A DNA stretch of 64,000 nucleotides from an uncultured Bdellovibrionales bacterium. GTDB lineage: Bacteria > Pseudomonadota > Alphaproteobacteria > Micavibrionales > SZUA-601. This document shows, piece by piece, positions 1-10,160 of this stretch. Position numbers and translations under genes: made by a program. The DNA is taken from positions 34,053 to 98,052 of the forward strand of contig CAZBXD010000002.1 of NCBI GenBank assembly GCA_964496065.1, given 5' to 3'. Under the pieces are notes generated by a model. It made no database searches and was not told where the DNA came from. It saw only the letters and a program-made list of their open reading frames with translations. Each line of letters opens with the position of its first letter. Positions within the stretch are counted from its first letter, which is position 1.

Positions 1-516
1 AAAGACCACCCACACCTTCTTGCAATTATTGTTCCACGCTATCCAAAACGTGGAGATGATATATGTAACCTTATTCGCAAGGCAAATCTAACAGTATCCC
101 AAAGAAGCCGTAAGGAAAAGATCACCCATGAAACGTCATTCTATATCGCCGATACAATGGGAGAAATGGGTTTGTTTTATAAACTAGCCCCTCTTTTAAC
201 GATGGGAGGGTCTTTTATACCAGATATTTGGGGGGGGCATAATATTATTGAGCCTGCTCATCTTAATTGTGCGATTAGCTATGGCCCGATCATGTATAAT
301 CATATGGATAGTAAAAACGCACTCGAAGAAGTGGGCGCTAGTGTTAGTGTCAAAGATACAAATGACCTTTATAAAAAAATCAACCATTTACTGCACCATC
401 CTGATGAAATAATAGCTTTACAGAACAAAGCCAAGGCTGTTGTAACCTCCTACCTATGCGTAATTGATGATATTACACAACGCATTGTAAAAACAATTGA
501 GGCCCCCTCTTTATGA
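1..516 (+). CDS. waaA: Kdo transferase (3-deoxy-D-manno-octulosonic acid transferase), C-terminal part; 5' end lies outside the window
   Basis: Frame 1 is open from base 1 (KDHPHLLAIIVPRYPKRGDD...). The C-terminal glycosyltransferase segment reads ...MGGSFIPDIWGGHNIIEPA.... The stop overlaps the lpxK start (ATGA at 513-516), and waaA-lpxK adjacency is typical. Confidence 0.8.
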   Translation, partial: KDHPHLLAIIVPRYPKRGDDICNLIRKANLTVSQRSRKEKITHETSFYIADTMGEMGLFYKLAPLLTMGGSFIPDIWGGHNIIEPAHLNCAISYGPIMYNHMDSKNALEEVGASVSVKDTNDLYKKINHLLHHPDEIIALQNKAKAVVTSYLCVIDDITQRIVKTIEAPSL

Positions 517-1496
517 TAACGACCCCTTCATTTTGGTATCAGAAAAAATCTGGAATTATGAGCACCGCTTTAACACCAATATCATGGATTTATCATGGGT
601 TTTCGCATCGCCGGATTCATAAAAAACCACGATATAAGTCTAAGCTGCCTGTCATTTGTGTCGGTAACTTAACCGCTGGGGGGAGTGGGAAAACCCCGGT
701 CGTTACCTCCTTGTGTAAACTTTTGCAACAAGCTGGGAAAAACCCAAATATCCTTTCTCGTGGCTATGGCGCAAAGCTTAAAAATATGACCAAAGTTAAC
801 CAAGAAATTCACACTGCAAAAGAAGTCGGTGATGAACCCTATATGCACGCTAAAGATTTTGACTGCTGGATCTCTGCAGATCGGGTGCGCGGTGCTAAAA
901 TGATTGAAACCGATCCAAAAGTCGATGTTATCGTCATGGATGATGGCTTCCAAAACCCATACTTATATAAAAACTTGAATATTGTTGTTGTTGATGGTGT
1001 TGTTGGCTTTGGCAATGAGCAACTGATCCCCGCTGGGCCTTTGCGTGAGCCAATTGAAAACGGTATTAAACGAGCAGATGCTCTTATCATTATTGGGGAT
1101 GACCGACATTACCTGACGGAGCGCTTTTCATATCTTCTTCCCGTCTTCCAAGCTCATCTTATTCCGGATTTTGAAACACATACCTGGAAAGGTAAAAAAG
1201 TCATTGGGTTTACCGGGATCGGTCGTCCTGAAAAGTTTCGTAATACCTTGCTGTCTATCGGTGTAAAGCTCAAGGAATTTGTTCCCTTCGCTGATCATCA
1301 CTTCTTTTCACTCAGTGATATTAATCGATTGCTTAATTTAGCTAAAAAACATGGGGCTAAACTAGTGACAACGGAAAAAGACTGGGGGCGCTTACCACTC
1401 AGTTTTCAAGATACAATCGCCGCGATTCCGATCAAGGTTAAGTGGAAAAATGAAAAAGCACTCCATGAATTCCTTACAGAAAAAGGAATATTATGA
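513..1496 (+). CDS. lpxK: tetraacyldisaccharide 4'-kinase
   Basis: 327 aa with the P-loop VGNLTAGGSGKTP and a DDGFQ motif. It is translationally coupled to the genes on both sides. Confidence 0.9.
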   Translation: MITTPSFWYQKKSGIMSTALTPISWIYHGFSHRRIHKKPRYKSKLPVICVGNLTAGGSGKTPVVTSLCKLLQQAGKNPNILSRGYGAKLKNMTKVNQEIHTAKEVGDEPYMHAKDFDCWISADRVRGAKMIETDPKVDVIVMDDGFQNPYLYKNLNIVVVDGVVGFGNEQLIPAGPLREPIENGIKRADALIIIGDDRHYLTERFSYLLPVFQAHLIPDFETHTWKGKKVIGFTGIGRPEKFRNTLLSIGVKLKEFVPFADHHFFSLSDINRLLNLAKKHGAKLVTTEKDWGRLPLSFQDTIAAIPIKVKWKNEKALHEFLTEKGIL

Positions 1497-2374
1497 AGCA
1501 AAACAATCGTTTTGACCGACCAGATAAGTATCGTCTAAGCCATTTTTTTCAGGCCATACCCGCCTATATTTTATACTTTATTTTTTGGTGTTTGCCTTTG
1601 GATTGGGCCTCTGATTTGGGCGGGTGGCTTGGACGCAAGATTGGCCCACGACTTGGGGCTAGCAAAAAAGCTCTCGTTAATCTGAACTATGCTTTGCCGG
1701 AACTCAGTAAGCAACACGATAATATTGTCAAACAAATGTGGGATAATCTTGGACGTGTTTTTGCTGAGGCCGCCCATACAAAAATTTTTCGCAAGGGTAA
1801 ACGCGTTGAAGTTATTGGCATAGACTATATTGAGCACCTCAACAAACAAAAAGAGCCAGCAATAATTTTTTCTAGCCATAGCGCTAATTGGGAAGTTGGA
1901 CCAGCAACGCTCTGGGCTCATGTAACGCCTATGAATGTTGTATATCGTCCACCCAACAATCTTTTTATCGACGCTCTGATCCACCATAGCCGCCGCAATG
2001 TCTCCCCGAAAATCCTTCCTAAGGGAAAAGATGCCGCACGTGGTGTGATAAAAGCTCTTAAAAATAATGAAATGATCGGTTGGTTGTTAGACCAAAAAGA
2101 AAGCGCTGGGACAGATAATGTTACCTTTTTTGGGAAGCCCGCCTATACATCAACTGCTGCGGCTGAGATTGCTTTGCGTACCGGCGCAAAACTAATTCCC
2201 AGCCAAACCGAACGTCTCAACGGCGCCAATTTTCGTATTACCCTCTCTCCCCCGCTTGAGACAGAGGGGAAAAACGTAGAAGAAATCACCCAGATGATTA
2301 ATAACACCCTCGAAAATCATATCCGACAAAATCCGGGGCAATGGCTTTGGCTCCATCGCCGGTGGATCTTCTAA
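1493..2374 (+). CDS. lpxL: lipid A biosynthesis lauroyl/late acyltransferase (LpxL/HtrB family)
   Basis: 293 aa with an N-terminal membrane anchor. The C-terminal NPGQWLWLHRRW is typical of the family, and the gene sits in an operon with waaA and lpxK. Confidence 0.7.
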   Translation: MKQNNRFDRPDKYRLSHFFQAIPAYILYFIFWCLPLDWASDLGGWLGRKIGPRLGASKKALVNLNYALPELSKQHDNIVKQMWDNLGRVFAEAAHTKIFRKGKRVEVIGIDYIEHLNKQKEPAIIFSSHSANWEVGPATLWAHVTPMNVVYRPPNNLFIDALIHHSRRNVSPKILPKGKDAARGVIKALKNNEMIGWLLDQKESAGTDNVTFFGKPAYTSTAAAEIALRTGAKLIPSQTERLNGANFRITLSPPLETEGKNVEEITQMINNTLENHIRQNPGQWLWLHRRWIF

Positions 2375-2444
2375 TTTAGAAATCTTGTAAATCTAACAAA
2401 AATGTGAGATAATCTAACATATTTGTTAAATTACGAGGTTTGCG

Positions 2445-3020
2445 ATGTATTATTACTATGAACTCAAAATTGACCAGAAAAAAGATCAGATTGATTTAAC
2501 GGCCCCTGCTTTTTGCGAATTGGGGATTTTATCAAGCGGTAAAAATTTGGATGAGGCCTATTACCATCATTTTGACCCGCTGGTAAAACACTGGAACAGT
2601 TTGATCAAAAATCGACAACGCTTCCCCAAATTTCTCAGTATAGAGGATGAAGAAAACTTTACCCGAGATAACAACCTCTATGTTGGCCTTGGGCCAAGTC
2701 TTTCTTTAAAAATCATGCTGCATCATGCCATGCTGAACAAAGGGGTTAGTCGCGCACAACTTGCCAATTTAATCGCCCTGACACCGGAAGAATGGAATGA
2801 GAAAGCCGATCGGACGAATGTTCAAAAGGCGGTTCTTATCACACCGAAAAACCCACCCCAATACCAACGTGTTAAGCGTGTCCTTGATCTCAAACACACA
2901 TCAAAAATTCATGAGATTGAAGACGCGATCCGCTGCCTCGATTTACAAATCCATGTTAAGCTTGCCCACCGTAACCCGCGGAAGAGGTCAGGTAAAGTAA
3001 GTAAAGAGGTAGAAATCTAA
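2445..3020 (+). CDS. hypothetical protein with a HicB-like N-terminal fold and a C-terminal Xre-type HTH (orphan antitoxin-like regulator)
   Basis: The N-terminus (YELKIDQKKDQIDLTAPAFCELGILSSGKNLDEA) resembles the HicB antitoxin fold. The C-terminal GVSRAQLANLIALTPEE...KHTSKIHEIEDAIRCLDLQIHVKL resembles an HTH. No hicA-like ORF lies on either side. Confidence 0.35.
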   Translation: MYYYYELKIDQKKDQIDLTAPAFCELGILSSGKNLDEAYYHHFDPLVKHWNSLIKNRQRFPKFLSIEDEENFTRDNNLYVGLGPSLSLKIMLHHAMLNKGVSRAQLANLIALTPEEWNEKADRTNVQKAVLITPKNPPQYQRVKRVLDLKHTSKIHEIEDAIRCLDLQIHVKLAHRNPRKRSGKVSKEVEI

Positions 3021-4300
3021 CCCTCTTCAACCACAGCACCGACTTTGCCATCATGGAAGGTCACATCAATGGCCTGGCCCGCTTGGGTGGCCGCCTGGCT
3101 TTGGATTGGTTGCCCAGCTTTATCGGTGACGAGGGCAAAACCACGTTCCAACACGCCTTTATATGACAGGCTTTCTAACAGGGCAGACTGGCCTGCGACA
3201 TCTTTTTGCCAGCGTTCAATCAGGCGCATCACGACGTCTTTTGACAGACGCGGCGTCACCCCATCAAAGCGAGTTATTTTCTGTCGCACTAAAGTGATGA
3301 GGCTTTGGTCCAAATTCTGCGCCAGGTAATCAAAGCGTTGCTGAATTGGTTCTAAAATCCGGCGTGGATCGCCCATTGCATGACCCAGCGCGCGCAACTC
3401 CGCCCTATCATGTTTAATCCGGTTAAATAGGGTTTGCGTCATGCGTTGATTAAACATGGTGATATGTTGCAACAATTCGGTGCGCACCGGCACGGCAAGC
3501 TCGGCGGCCGCTGTCGGCGTTGGGGCACGCAAATCAGCGGCATAATCAATCAACGTGGTATCGGTTTCATGGCCAATCGCGGAGATCACCGGGATCTCAC
3601 TCTCCGCTATGGCGCGCACGATCCCTTCCTCATTAAAGGGCATTAGATCTTCGAGTGATCCACCACCACGAGCAATAATAATTACATCCGGGCGTTGGTC
3701 GCCTTCCAACGCGTTAAACCCGCGTAATGCTGGGACGACATCAACCACCGTTTTATCGCCTTGCATATTTGCCGGCCAAACCATGACCGGGCGTGGAAAA
3801 CGATCCTGCAAACGATGGAGGATATCGCGAATCACCGCCCCGGTTGGCGAGGTGACAATCCCGATGCGGCGCGGAATTTTCGGCAATGGCTTTTTTTGAT
3901 CTTTATCAAACAACCCCTCAGCGGTAAGCTTTTTACGCCGCTCTTCCAGCATGCGCAGAAGCGCCCCTTGCCCAGCCAGTTCCATCGTTGAAATCACAAG
4001 TTGATAGTTGGAACGTCCGGGATAGGTGGTCACACGACCCGTGCAGATCACCTCCAACCCTTCCTCCGGTTTGATGGAAAGTTTGGACACCGCCCCCTTC
4101 CAACAGACCGCATTCAGGACAGCATTTTCATCCTTCAGATCCGTATAGAGATGCCCAGAGCGCGCCAGCGTCACTTTTGAGAGTTCACCGCGCACCCGAA
4201 CAAAGGAAAACGTGCCCTCAACCGTCATTTTAATCGATTGCGACAATTCGGAGACACTAAACTCCGGCAGATTTTGCATGACTTGGGGTTGTTCACTCAT
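3017..4300 (-). CDS. xseA: exodeoxyribonuclease VII large subunit
   Basis: 427 aa with an OB-fold N-terminus (VRGELSKVTLARSGHLYTDLKD), a catalytic core (IIIARGGGSLEDL) and a coiled-coil tail. Confidence 0.9.
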   Translation of the reverse strand: MSEQPQVMQNLPEFSVSELSQSIKMTVEGTFSFVRVRGELSKVTLARSGHLYTDLKDENAVLNAVCWKGAVSKLSIKPEEGLEVICTGRVTTYPGRSNYQLVISTMELAGQGALLRMLEERRKKLTAEGLFDKDQKKPLPKIPRRIGIVTSPTGAVIRDILHRLQDRFPRPVMVWPANMQGDKTVVDVVPALRGFNALEGDQRPDVIIIARGGGSLEDLMPFNEEGIVRAIAESEIPVISAIGHETDTTLIDYAADLRAPTPTAAAELAVPVRTELLQHITMFNQRMTQTLFNRIKHDRAELRALGHAMGDPRRILEPIQQRFDYLAQNLDQSLITLVRQKITRFDGVTPRLSKDVVMRLIERWQKDVAGQSALLESLSYKGVLERGFALVTDKAGQPIQSQAATQAGQAIDVTFHDGKVGAVVEEG

Positions 4301-4303
4301 GGG

Positions 4304-4771
4304 TTATTTATCTCGCTTCGCTTTAAAAAAATCACTCACGATCTGCCCGCATTCATCGGCGAGGATGCCACCGGTCACCTCTGGTTTGTGGTGGGTTTGG
4401 GGATGCTTAAAAATCTCCGCCCCTTGGCAAACCCCCCCACTTTTTGGATCATAGGCACCGAAATACAGATGAGCAACGCGCGCAAAACTAATCACTGTGG
4501 CACACATGGAACACGGCTCCAGCGTGACATAGAGATCACAGCCAGGCAAGCGCTGTGATTGACGCACTAAACACGCACTACGAATAGCGAGCATTTCCGC
4601 ATGCGCGGACGGATCGGACAGCTCAATCGTCTGATTACGCCCCGCGGCAATCACATCACCGGTTTCGTGATCCACAACCACGGCACCAATGGGGACCTCA
4701 TCTCGCTCCCGAGCGATAATCGCTTGGTCTAATGCCATACGCATATATGTCCGATGCTTTTCAGTGATCAT
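4304..4771 (-). CDS. tadA: tRNA adenosine(34) deaminase
   Basis: 155 aa carrying the zinc deaminase motifs HAEMLAI and PCSMCA. Confidence 0.9.
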   Translation of the reverse strand: MITEKHRTYMRMALDQAIIARERDEVPIGAVVVDHETGDVIAAGRNQTIELSDPSAHAEMLAIRSACLVRQSQRLPGCDLYVTLEPCSMCATVISFARVAHLYFGAYDPKSGGVCQGAEIFKHPQTHHKPEVTGGILADECGQIVSDFFKAKRDK

Positions 4772-4872
4772 TATTGCTTATTGGATATTTTTAAGTTAAA
4801 TTTTTAGTCATGTTCTAAGCCTATAATCAGCATCCCGCAATTACTGTTTCAGTGCAACTGCAAAAAGAGAGA

Positions 4873-7800
4873 ATGATGGCCAAACCTGTAAAAAAATCCC
4901 CCTCAAAGAAAGATATTCGCTCCAACATAATTAAACAGGCTCAGGCGGTTAAAAATATCCCGGCTAATCATCAAAAAAATCTCACCGCTTTTATGACCTA
5001 TTTTTTTCATGGTGAAACTCTTGAACAAATAGAAGAAACAGGGTGCACTAATTGCTTTGCTTTGGCTAACACACTATGGCAAAAACTACAAAAACGTGCC
5101 GAGAATGATATTTTTATTCGGGTTTTTAACCCCACACAACACCACCATAATTGGACAAGTAAATATACTGTCATTGAAATTATCCAAAAGAAATCACCCT
5201 TTGTTATTGATTCAATCTTAGAGGCCTTGCGCGGCGATGATCACAATATTTACCGAATGTTTCATCCGGTTATTCGTACAAGACGGGATGATCAAGGTCT
5301 TCTTGTTTCTGTTCACCCAGAACAAGATGCGGCACCAGGCTTAAGTGCTGAATCAATTATTCACCTTCAAATTGGCAAGATTCACAGTAAAGCTGACCAA
5401 GCGGCACTGGAAAAAAAACTCAATACTGTTCTTAAAGATGTCCGTACTGCAGTACAAGATTGGCGACCGATGGAAGGGCGCCTGGCCGATACAATAAGTG
5501 ACCTTAGTGAAGCAGATGATAAGGCACTCACAAAAGAACAATCTCTCGAGACAATTCGTTTTCTTAATTTCCTCAAAGAAGGCAAATTTACCTTTTTGGG
5601 TTACCGAGAATACACGATCAAAGCGGTGCAGGGTAAACCAACCTTTACCCCGTTAAAAAAAGCTGGGCTTGGGATTTTACGAGATGATAAATTCCTTCTC
5701 TTTGATGGAATCCGTAATGCAAAAAATCTCCCCAAGACGGTATACAAAAGTTTGAATGACAAAACCCCACTTGTTATCGTTAAAGCGAATAAACGCTCAC
5801 GAATTCACCGCCCAGCCTATATCGATGTTATTGGGATTAAACGCTACAACAAACAAGGAAATGTTATAGGTGTTCGTCTTTTTGCGGGTCTTTTCACCTC
5901 AGATTGTTATGCACAAGCTACGAGCTATATCCCATATCTAGATAAAAAAGTTTCCACTGTTATACAAAAATCAGGTTTTGAAACTGGGACACATTCATAC
6001 AAAACCATGCAGCATATTCTTGAAACCTATCCAAGAGACGAACTCTTCCAAATTTCTATTCCCGAGCTAAAGCGTATTAGTCGTGGTATTATGGAGTTAA
6101 AGCATAAACCATCGGTTGATGTTTTTATTCGCAATGATACATTCCACCGCTTTTTCTCTTGTATGGTCTATACACCCAGAGAAGATTTTGACACAGGGCT
6201 AAGGTTAAAATATTCAAAAATCCTAGAAGAAGAGTTACAAGGGGAATGTATCGATTTTTATATTCAAGTTGACGAAAACTCTCTGGCCCGCGTTCAATAT
6301 ATTATTAAGACTGACAATTACACCCTACCGAAATACAATCTTGATCGTATTCGTAATAAACTCTATCAAGCAAGTCGTAACTGGTATAATAAGCTTTCCG
6401 ATATCGCCATTGAATGGTATGGCGAAGAAAAAGCACTTGCGCTTCTGGCCCCATTACAGGGATGTTTTTCCGCTGCTTATCAAGAAGAAATGCCACTACG
6501 TTCTGCTGTACGCGATATTGAGTGGCTTAATCAGGCCATTGCAGGTGAAGAATTACAAGCCAAACTCTTCCTCAATGGTGAAGAAGAAGACGGTCATGCC
6601 CATTTTAAAATTTATAAGACCGGGAGCGCTGCGTCCCTATCAAATATCTTGCCGATCCTTAAAAATATGGGATTTCGAGTTATCACGGAACACCCCTATG
6701 ATATGCATCCCGCCAGTAGCAGTAAGCCAATTTGGATTCATGAACTCTATGGTCAGATTGAACTAGGCCCGCATCAAACCATCAAAGATGTCCGTTTCAA
6801 ATTTGAAGAGGCTTTTATCAAAGCCTATCAAGGCCTAATCGACCAGGATCCCTTTAACTCCCTGATTCTGCGGGCTGGGCTCACCCCGCGTGAGGCCAAT
6901 ATCATGCGAGCCTATGCCAAGTTCTTACACCAAGCCGGATATGCTTATCGTAACGCAACAATGGCCTCAGTATTGGGTAAACACGCAAAGATTACTCAAA
7001 AGCTGTGTACGCTATTCAAAACGATGCATGATCCTAAAAATAAAAAAGACGTCGCTCAAGCCAATGCAGCTGGGCTTCTTATTGAAATTGATCATATGTT
7101 GAGCTCTGTAGATAATATCTCAGAAGATTCGATTATTCGAAGTTATATGAGACTGATGCGTGAAACATTACGAACAAATTATTATCAAGAAACACCTGAG
7201 GGCACGCCCTTTGACTATCTTGTTTTTAAGCTGGCCAGTAAAAATATTTCAGATATTCCTGCCCCACGCCCCGTGAAAGAGATTTTTATCTACTCAACCC
7301 GGTTTGAAGCCGTCCATCTTCGTGGTGGGGATATTGCCCGCGGCGGCATTCGTTGGTCTGACCGTTATGATGATTTCCGCACGGAAATTCTGGGCCTGAT
7401 CAAAGCGCAAATTGTCAAGAACTCTGTAATTGTGCCTGTCGGTTCTAAGGGCGGGTTTATTTGTAAAAACCTCAGCCGTTTTTCAACGCCACAAGACCGG
7501 TTTGAAGAAGCCAAAGCGTGCTACCGCTCCATGATGCGCGGTATGTTGAGTATTACAGATAATATTGTAAATAATAAAGTTATCCCACCAAAAAATACGG
7601 TGCGCTGGGATAAAGATGACCCGTATCTGGTTGTGGCGGCCGATAAAGGTACAGCAACCTTCTCCGACATTGCTAATGGGATATCGCATGAGTTTAATTT
7701 CTGGCTTGGCGATGCCTTTGCTTCTGGGGGATCAAAAGGCTATGACCATAAAGCAATGGGCATTACAGCACGTGGTGCATGGGAATCTGTCAAACGGCAT

Positions 7801-9738
7801 TTTCGTGAACTCGGCAAAAATATCCAAACTGAAGAGTTTACGGTTGTTGGTGTCGGCGATATGAGTGGTGATGTGTTTGGCAACGGTATGTTGCTCTCCA
7901 AAAAAATCAAACTTGTCGCTGCCTTTGACCATCGTAATATTTTTGTTGATCCCGATCCTGATCCAGTGGTCAGTTATAACGAACGGTTGCGCTTGTTTAA
8001 AAAACCACGCTCCAGCTGGATGGATTATGATCAAAAGAAACTCTCCAAGGGGGGTCAAATTTTCAACCGCAGCGACAAAACCCTCAAACTGACGAAAGAA
8101 ATCCAGAAACGTCTTGATATTGATAGTGCAACCATCACCCCAACCGAGTTGATGCGTAAACTCTTGCTTGAGGATTGTGAACTCCTCTGGTTTGGGGGGA
8201 TCGGAACCTATATCAAATCAAGTAATCAAAGCCATGACCAGGTTGGCGATAAGGCCAATGATGCCATCCGTGTCAATGCAGAAGACCTGAGGTGTCAGGT
8301 GATCGGCGAAGGTGCCAATCTTGGCGTGACGCAAGCTGGCCGGATTGAGTTTTCAATGAAAGGTGGAAAATGTAACACCGACTTTATTGATAATTCGGCG
8401 GGTGTGGATACATCCGACCATGAGGTCAATCTGAAAATTATGCTGAACCAATTGGTTGCCTCTGGGAAACTCTCAGGCAAGCAGCGCGATACGCTTCTTA
8501 AAAAAATGGAAAATGAAGTTGGACAACATGTCTTGAAAAATAATTATGATCAATCTCTTGTTCTGACCATGACGCATAGTGAGGGCCAAGAGCGCCTTAA
8601 CCGCCATGCCGATCTGATCCGGGATTTGGAAAAGGCTGGGTTTTTTGATCGTCGCATCGAAGACCTACCTGACGAAGATATCTTGCAAGATATGGCAGCC
8701 AGAGGCGGAAAACTTACCCGTCCCGAGCTTTCTGTCATTCTTTCTTATTCAAAAATCCAACTATTTAATCAGCTCCTTGCTTCTAATCTACCAGATGAAA
8801 AACTCATGGAATCTCATTTAGTCGAGTATTTTCCCAAGATGGCTCAGGAGAAATTCAAAAAAAGCATTCTTAGCCACAAACTCAAGCGCGAAATTATCGC
8901 GACTGAAGTGGCCAATGTCGTGATTAACCGTATGGGCCCCGCTTTTGTCAAAACAAAGATTAACCGCACCGGGGCCGAGCCAGTTGATATTGTGCGCGGC
9001 TTCTTATTGGCGCGGGAATGTTTTGACCTCAAAACGCTATGGGGGCGTATTGATGCGCTCGATAATAAAGTCCCGGCGGAACAGCAGCTTCCGATGTATA
9101 TGGCTTGCGCCCGGCTGATGAGCCAATCGGTTAAATGGTTTATTCGCCATTACAAAGCCCCTTTAAGCTTTGACACGTTGGCGCCGATTTATAAAAAAGG
9201 CATCATCAGTTTCACCAAACAATTTGATCAAATCACCCCGCCGTCCATTCGTCAATCGAGTGAGAACCGGTTTAAAGCGATGCGCAACAATGGGGTGACA
9301 GACAAAGCGCTGGCGCAAACGGTCGCCATACTGCCGGTGATGGTAACGGCGCTCGATATTATCTACATCGCTGAGAAATCAAAGCGGAGTTTGGCGCAAG
9401 TTGGACGTCTCTATTTTGCCATCAGCGATCGCTTTAAATTCAATGATCTGATGAATGCGGCCCAAGATATCCCCTCCGAAGGGCATTGGGCAAAAGAGGC
9501 GCAAAATGGTTTGGTTGATGACCTGTATCATGCTTTGAGCGTGATAACCTCCCAATTGGTTAAAAATATCAAAAATAGCGATAAAGATGCAACTGAGCCG
9601 TTAGCAAAATGGATTGAAACCAATGCCGCAGCGGTCAAACAGATCGACAGTATCTTGAAAGATATTCAGCGTTTGAGCACAATTGATATCAATATCCTAA
9701 CCTTGATGACCCAAAAACTAAGAGCATTAGCCACATAA
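4873..9738 (+). CDS. NAD-specific glutamate dehydrogenase, large (about 180 kDa) class
   Basis: About 1621 aa from the ATG at 4873 (the ORF track starts at a GTG at 4852). The central catalytic region reads GGIRWSDR...KGGF...ADKGTATFSD...GGSKGYDHK...GDMSGDVFGNG, typical of the large GDH class. Confidence 0.9.
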   Translation: MMAKPVKKSPSKKDIRSNIIKQAQAVKNIPANHQKNLTAFMTYFFHGETLEQIEETGCTNCFALANTLWQKLQKRAENDIFIRVFNPTQHHHNWTSKYTVIEIIQKKSPFVIDSILEALRGDDHNIYRMFHPVIRTRRDDQGLLVSVHPEQDAAPGLSAESIIHLQIGKIHSKADQAALEKKLNTVLKDVRTAVQDWRPMEGRLADTISDLSEADDKALTKEQSLETIRFLNFLKEGKFTFLGYREYTIKAVQGKPTFTPLKKAGLGILRDDKFLLFDGIRNAKNLPKTVYKSLNDKTPLVIVKANKRSRIHRPAYIDVIGIKRYNKQGNVIGVRLFAGLFTSDCYAQATSYIPYLDKKVSTVIQKSGFETGTHSYKTMQHILETYPRDELFQISIPELKRISRGIMELKHKPSVDVFIRNDTFHRFFSCMVYTPREDFDTGLRLKYSKILEEELQGECIDFYIQVDENSLARVQYIIKTDNYTLPKYNLDRIRNKLYQASRNWYNKLSDIAIEWYGEEKALALLAPLQGCFSAAYQEEMPLRSAVRDIEWLNQAIAGEELQAKLFLNGEEEDGHAHFKIYKTGSAASLSNILPILKNMGFRVITEHPYDMHPASSSKPIWIHELYGQIELGPHQTIKDVRFKFEEAFIKAYQGLIDQDPFNSLILRAGLTPREANIMRAYAKFLHQAGYAYRNATMASVLGKHAKITQKLCTLFKTMHDPKNKKDVAQANAAGLLIEIDHMLSSVDNISEDSIIRSYMRLMRETLRTNYYQETPEGTPFDYLVFKLASKNISDIPAPRPVKEIFIYSTRFEAVHLRGGDIARGGIRWSDRYDDFRTEILGLIKAQIVKNSVIVPVGSKGGFICKNLSRFSTPQDRFEEAKACYRSMMRGMLSITDNIVNNKVIPPKNTVRWDKDDPYLVVAADKGTATFSDIANGISHEFNFWLGDAFASGGSKGYDHKAMGITARGAWESVKRHFRELGKNIQTEEFTVVGVGDMSGDVFGNGMLLSKKIKLVAAFDHRNIFVDPDPDPVVSYNERLRLFKKPRSSWMDYDQKKLSKGGQIFNRSDKTLKLTKEIQKRLDIDSATITPTELMRKLLLEDCELLWFGGIGTYIKSSNQSHDQVGDKANDAIRVNAEDLRCQVIGEGANLGVTQAGRIEFSMKGGKCNTDFIDNSAGVDTSDHEVNLKIMLNQLVASGKLSGKQRDTLLKKMENEVGQHVLKNNYDQSLVLTMTHSEGQERLNRHADLIRDLEKAGFFDRRIEDLPDEDILQDMAARGGKLTRPELSVILSYSKIQLFNQLLASNLPDEKLMESHLVEYFPKMAQEKFKKSILSHKLKREIIATEVANVVINRMGPAFVKTKINRTGAEPVDIVRGFLLARECFDLKTLWGRIDALDNKVPAEQQLPMYMACARLMSQSVKWFIRHYKAPLSFDTLAPIYKKGIISFTKQFDQITPPSIRQSSENRFKAMRNNGVTDKALAQTVAILPVMVTALDIIYIAEKSKRSLAQVGRLYFAISDRFKFNDLMNAAQDIPSEGHWAKEAQNGLVDDLYHALSVITSQLVKNIKNSDKDATEPLAKWIETNAAAVKQIDSILKDIQRLSTIDINILTLMTQKLRALAT

Positions 9739-10157
9739 TGAGTGATAAGGACGATAAAAGTACTGAAGCCAACGCCCTTGTGAATAAAGGGTTAAAGATT
9801 GCTTTGGATGCGATTGAAAAAGCTAAAACGCCGAAAGAGCGCAAGGCGGGGAATAAAGACTTGGAGCTCTTCCTCGGCTTTGATGAAGAAGAATCTTTTT
9901 CTGCCCTTTCCTTTGCCGAACAAGAAGCCGTAATCAATTCTTATATCGAACGGGCAAAAAGCGGTGATTTTCTTGGTAGCGTTGATGAGTTAATGGAAGG
10001 GCTACATTATAAACCGCCAGCTGCAACCCCAGCAACACCAACACCCGCCTTTTCTGCTCCAACACCGGGAGGTATGGGCGGAGGCGGTAAAGTTATCCGT
10101 TTTAAAAAACCGCCTGTGCAAAACAACCAGGATCAAACAGAAGATAATAATGAGTAA
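9738..10157 (+). CDS. hypothetical acidic, low-complexity protein, translationally coupled to the GDH gene
   Basis: 139-aa ORF whose ATG overlaps the GDH stop (TAATG). It has a Pro/Thr/Ala-rich and Gly-rich C-terminal half. I recognise no family. Confidence 0.4.
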   Translation: MSDKDDKSTEANALVNKGLKIALDAIEKAKTPKERKAGNKDLELFLGFDEEESFSALSFAEQEAVINSYIERAKSGDFLGSVDELMEGLHYKPPAATPATPTPAFSAPTPGGMGGGGKVIRFKKPPVQNNQDQTEDNNE

Positions 10158-10160
10158 ATT

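Noticed and set aside
230-237. G8 homopolymer in waaA as a possible phase-variation tract
   Set aside because: The run simply encodes Trp-Gly-Gly in the conserved GGH region of an essential LPS gene. The frame is intact, and I see no other contingency-locus features.
6269-6766. 165-aa alternative-frame ORF within the NAD-GDH gene
   Set aside because: It is on the same strand but out of frame within a conserved 1621-aa coding sequence. There is no evidence of overlapping coding.
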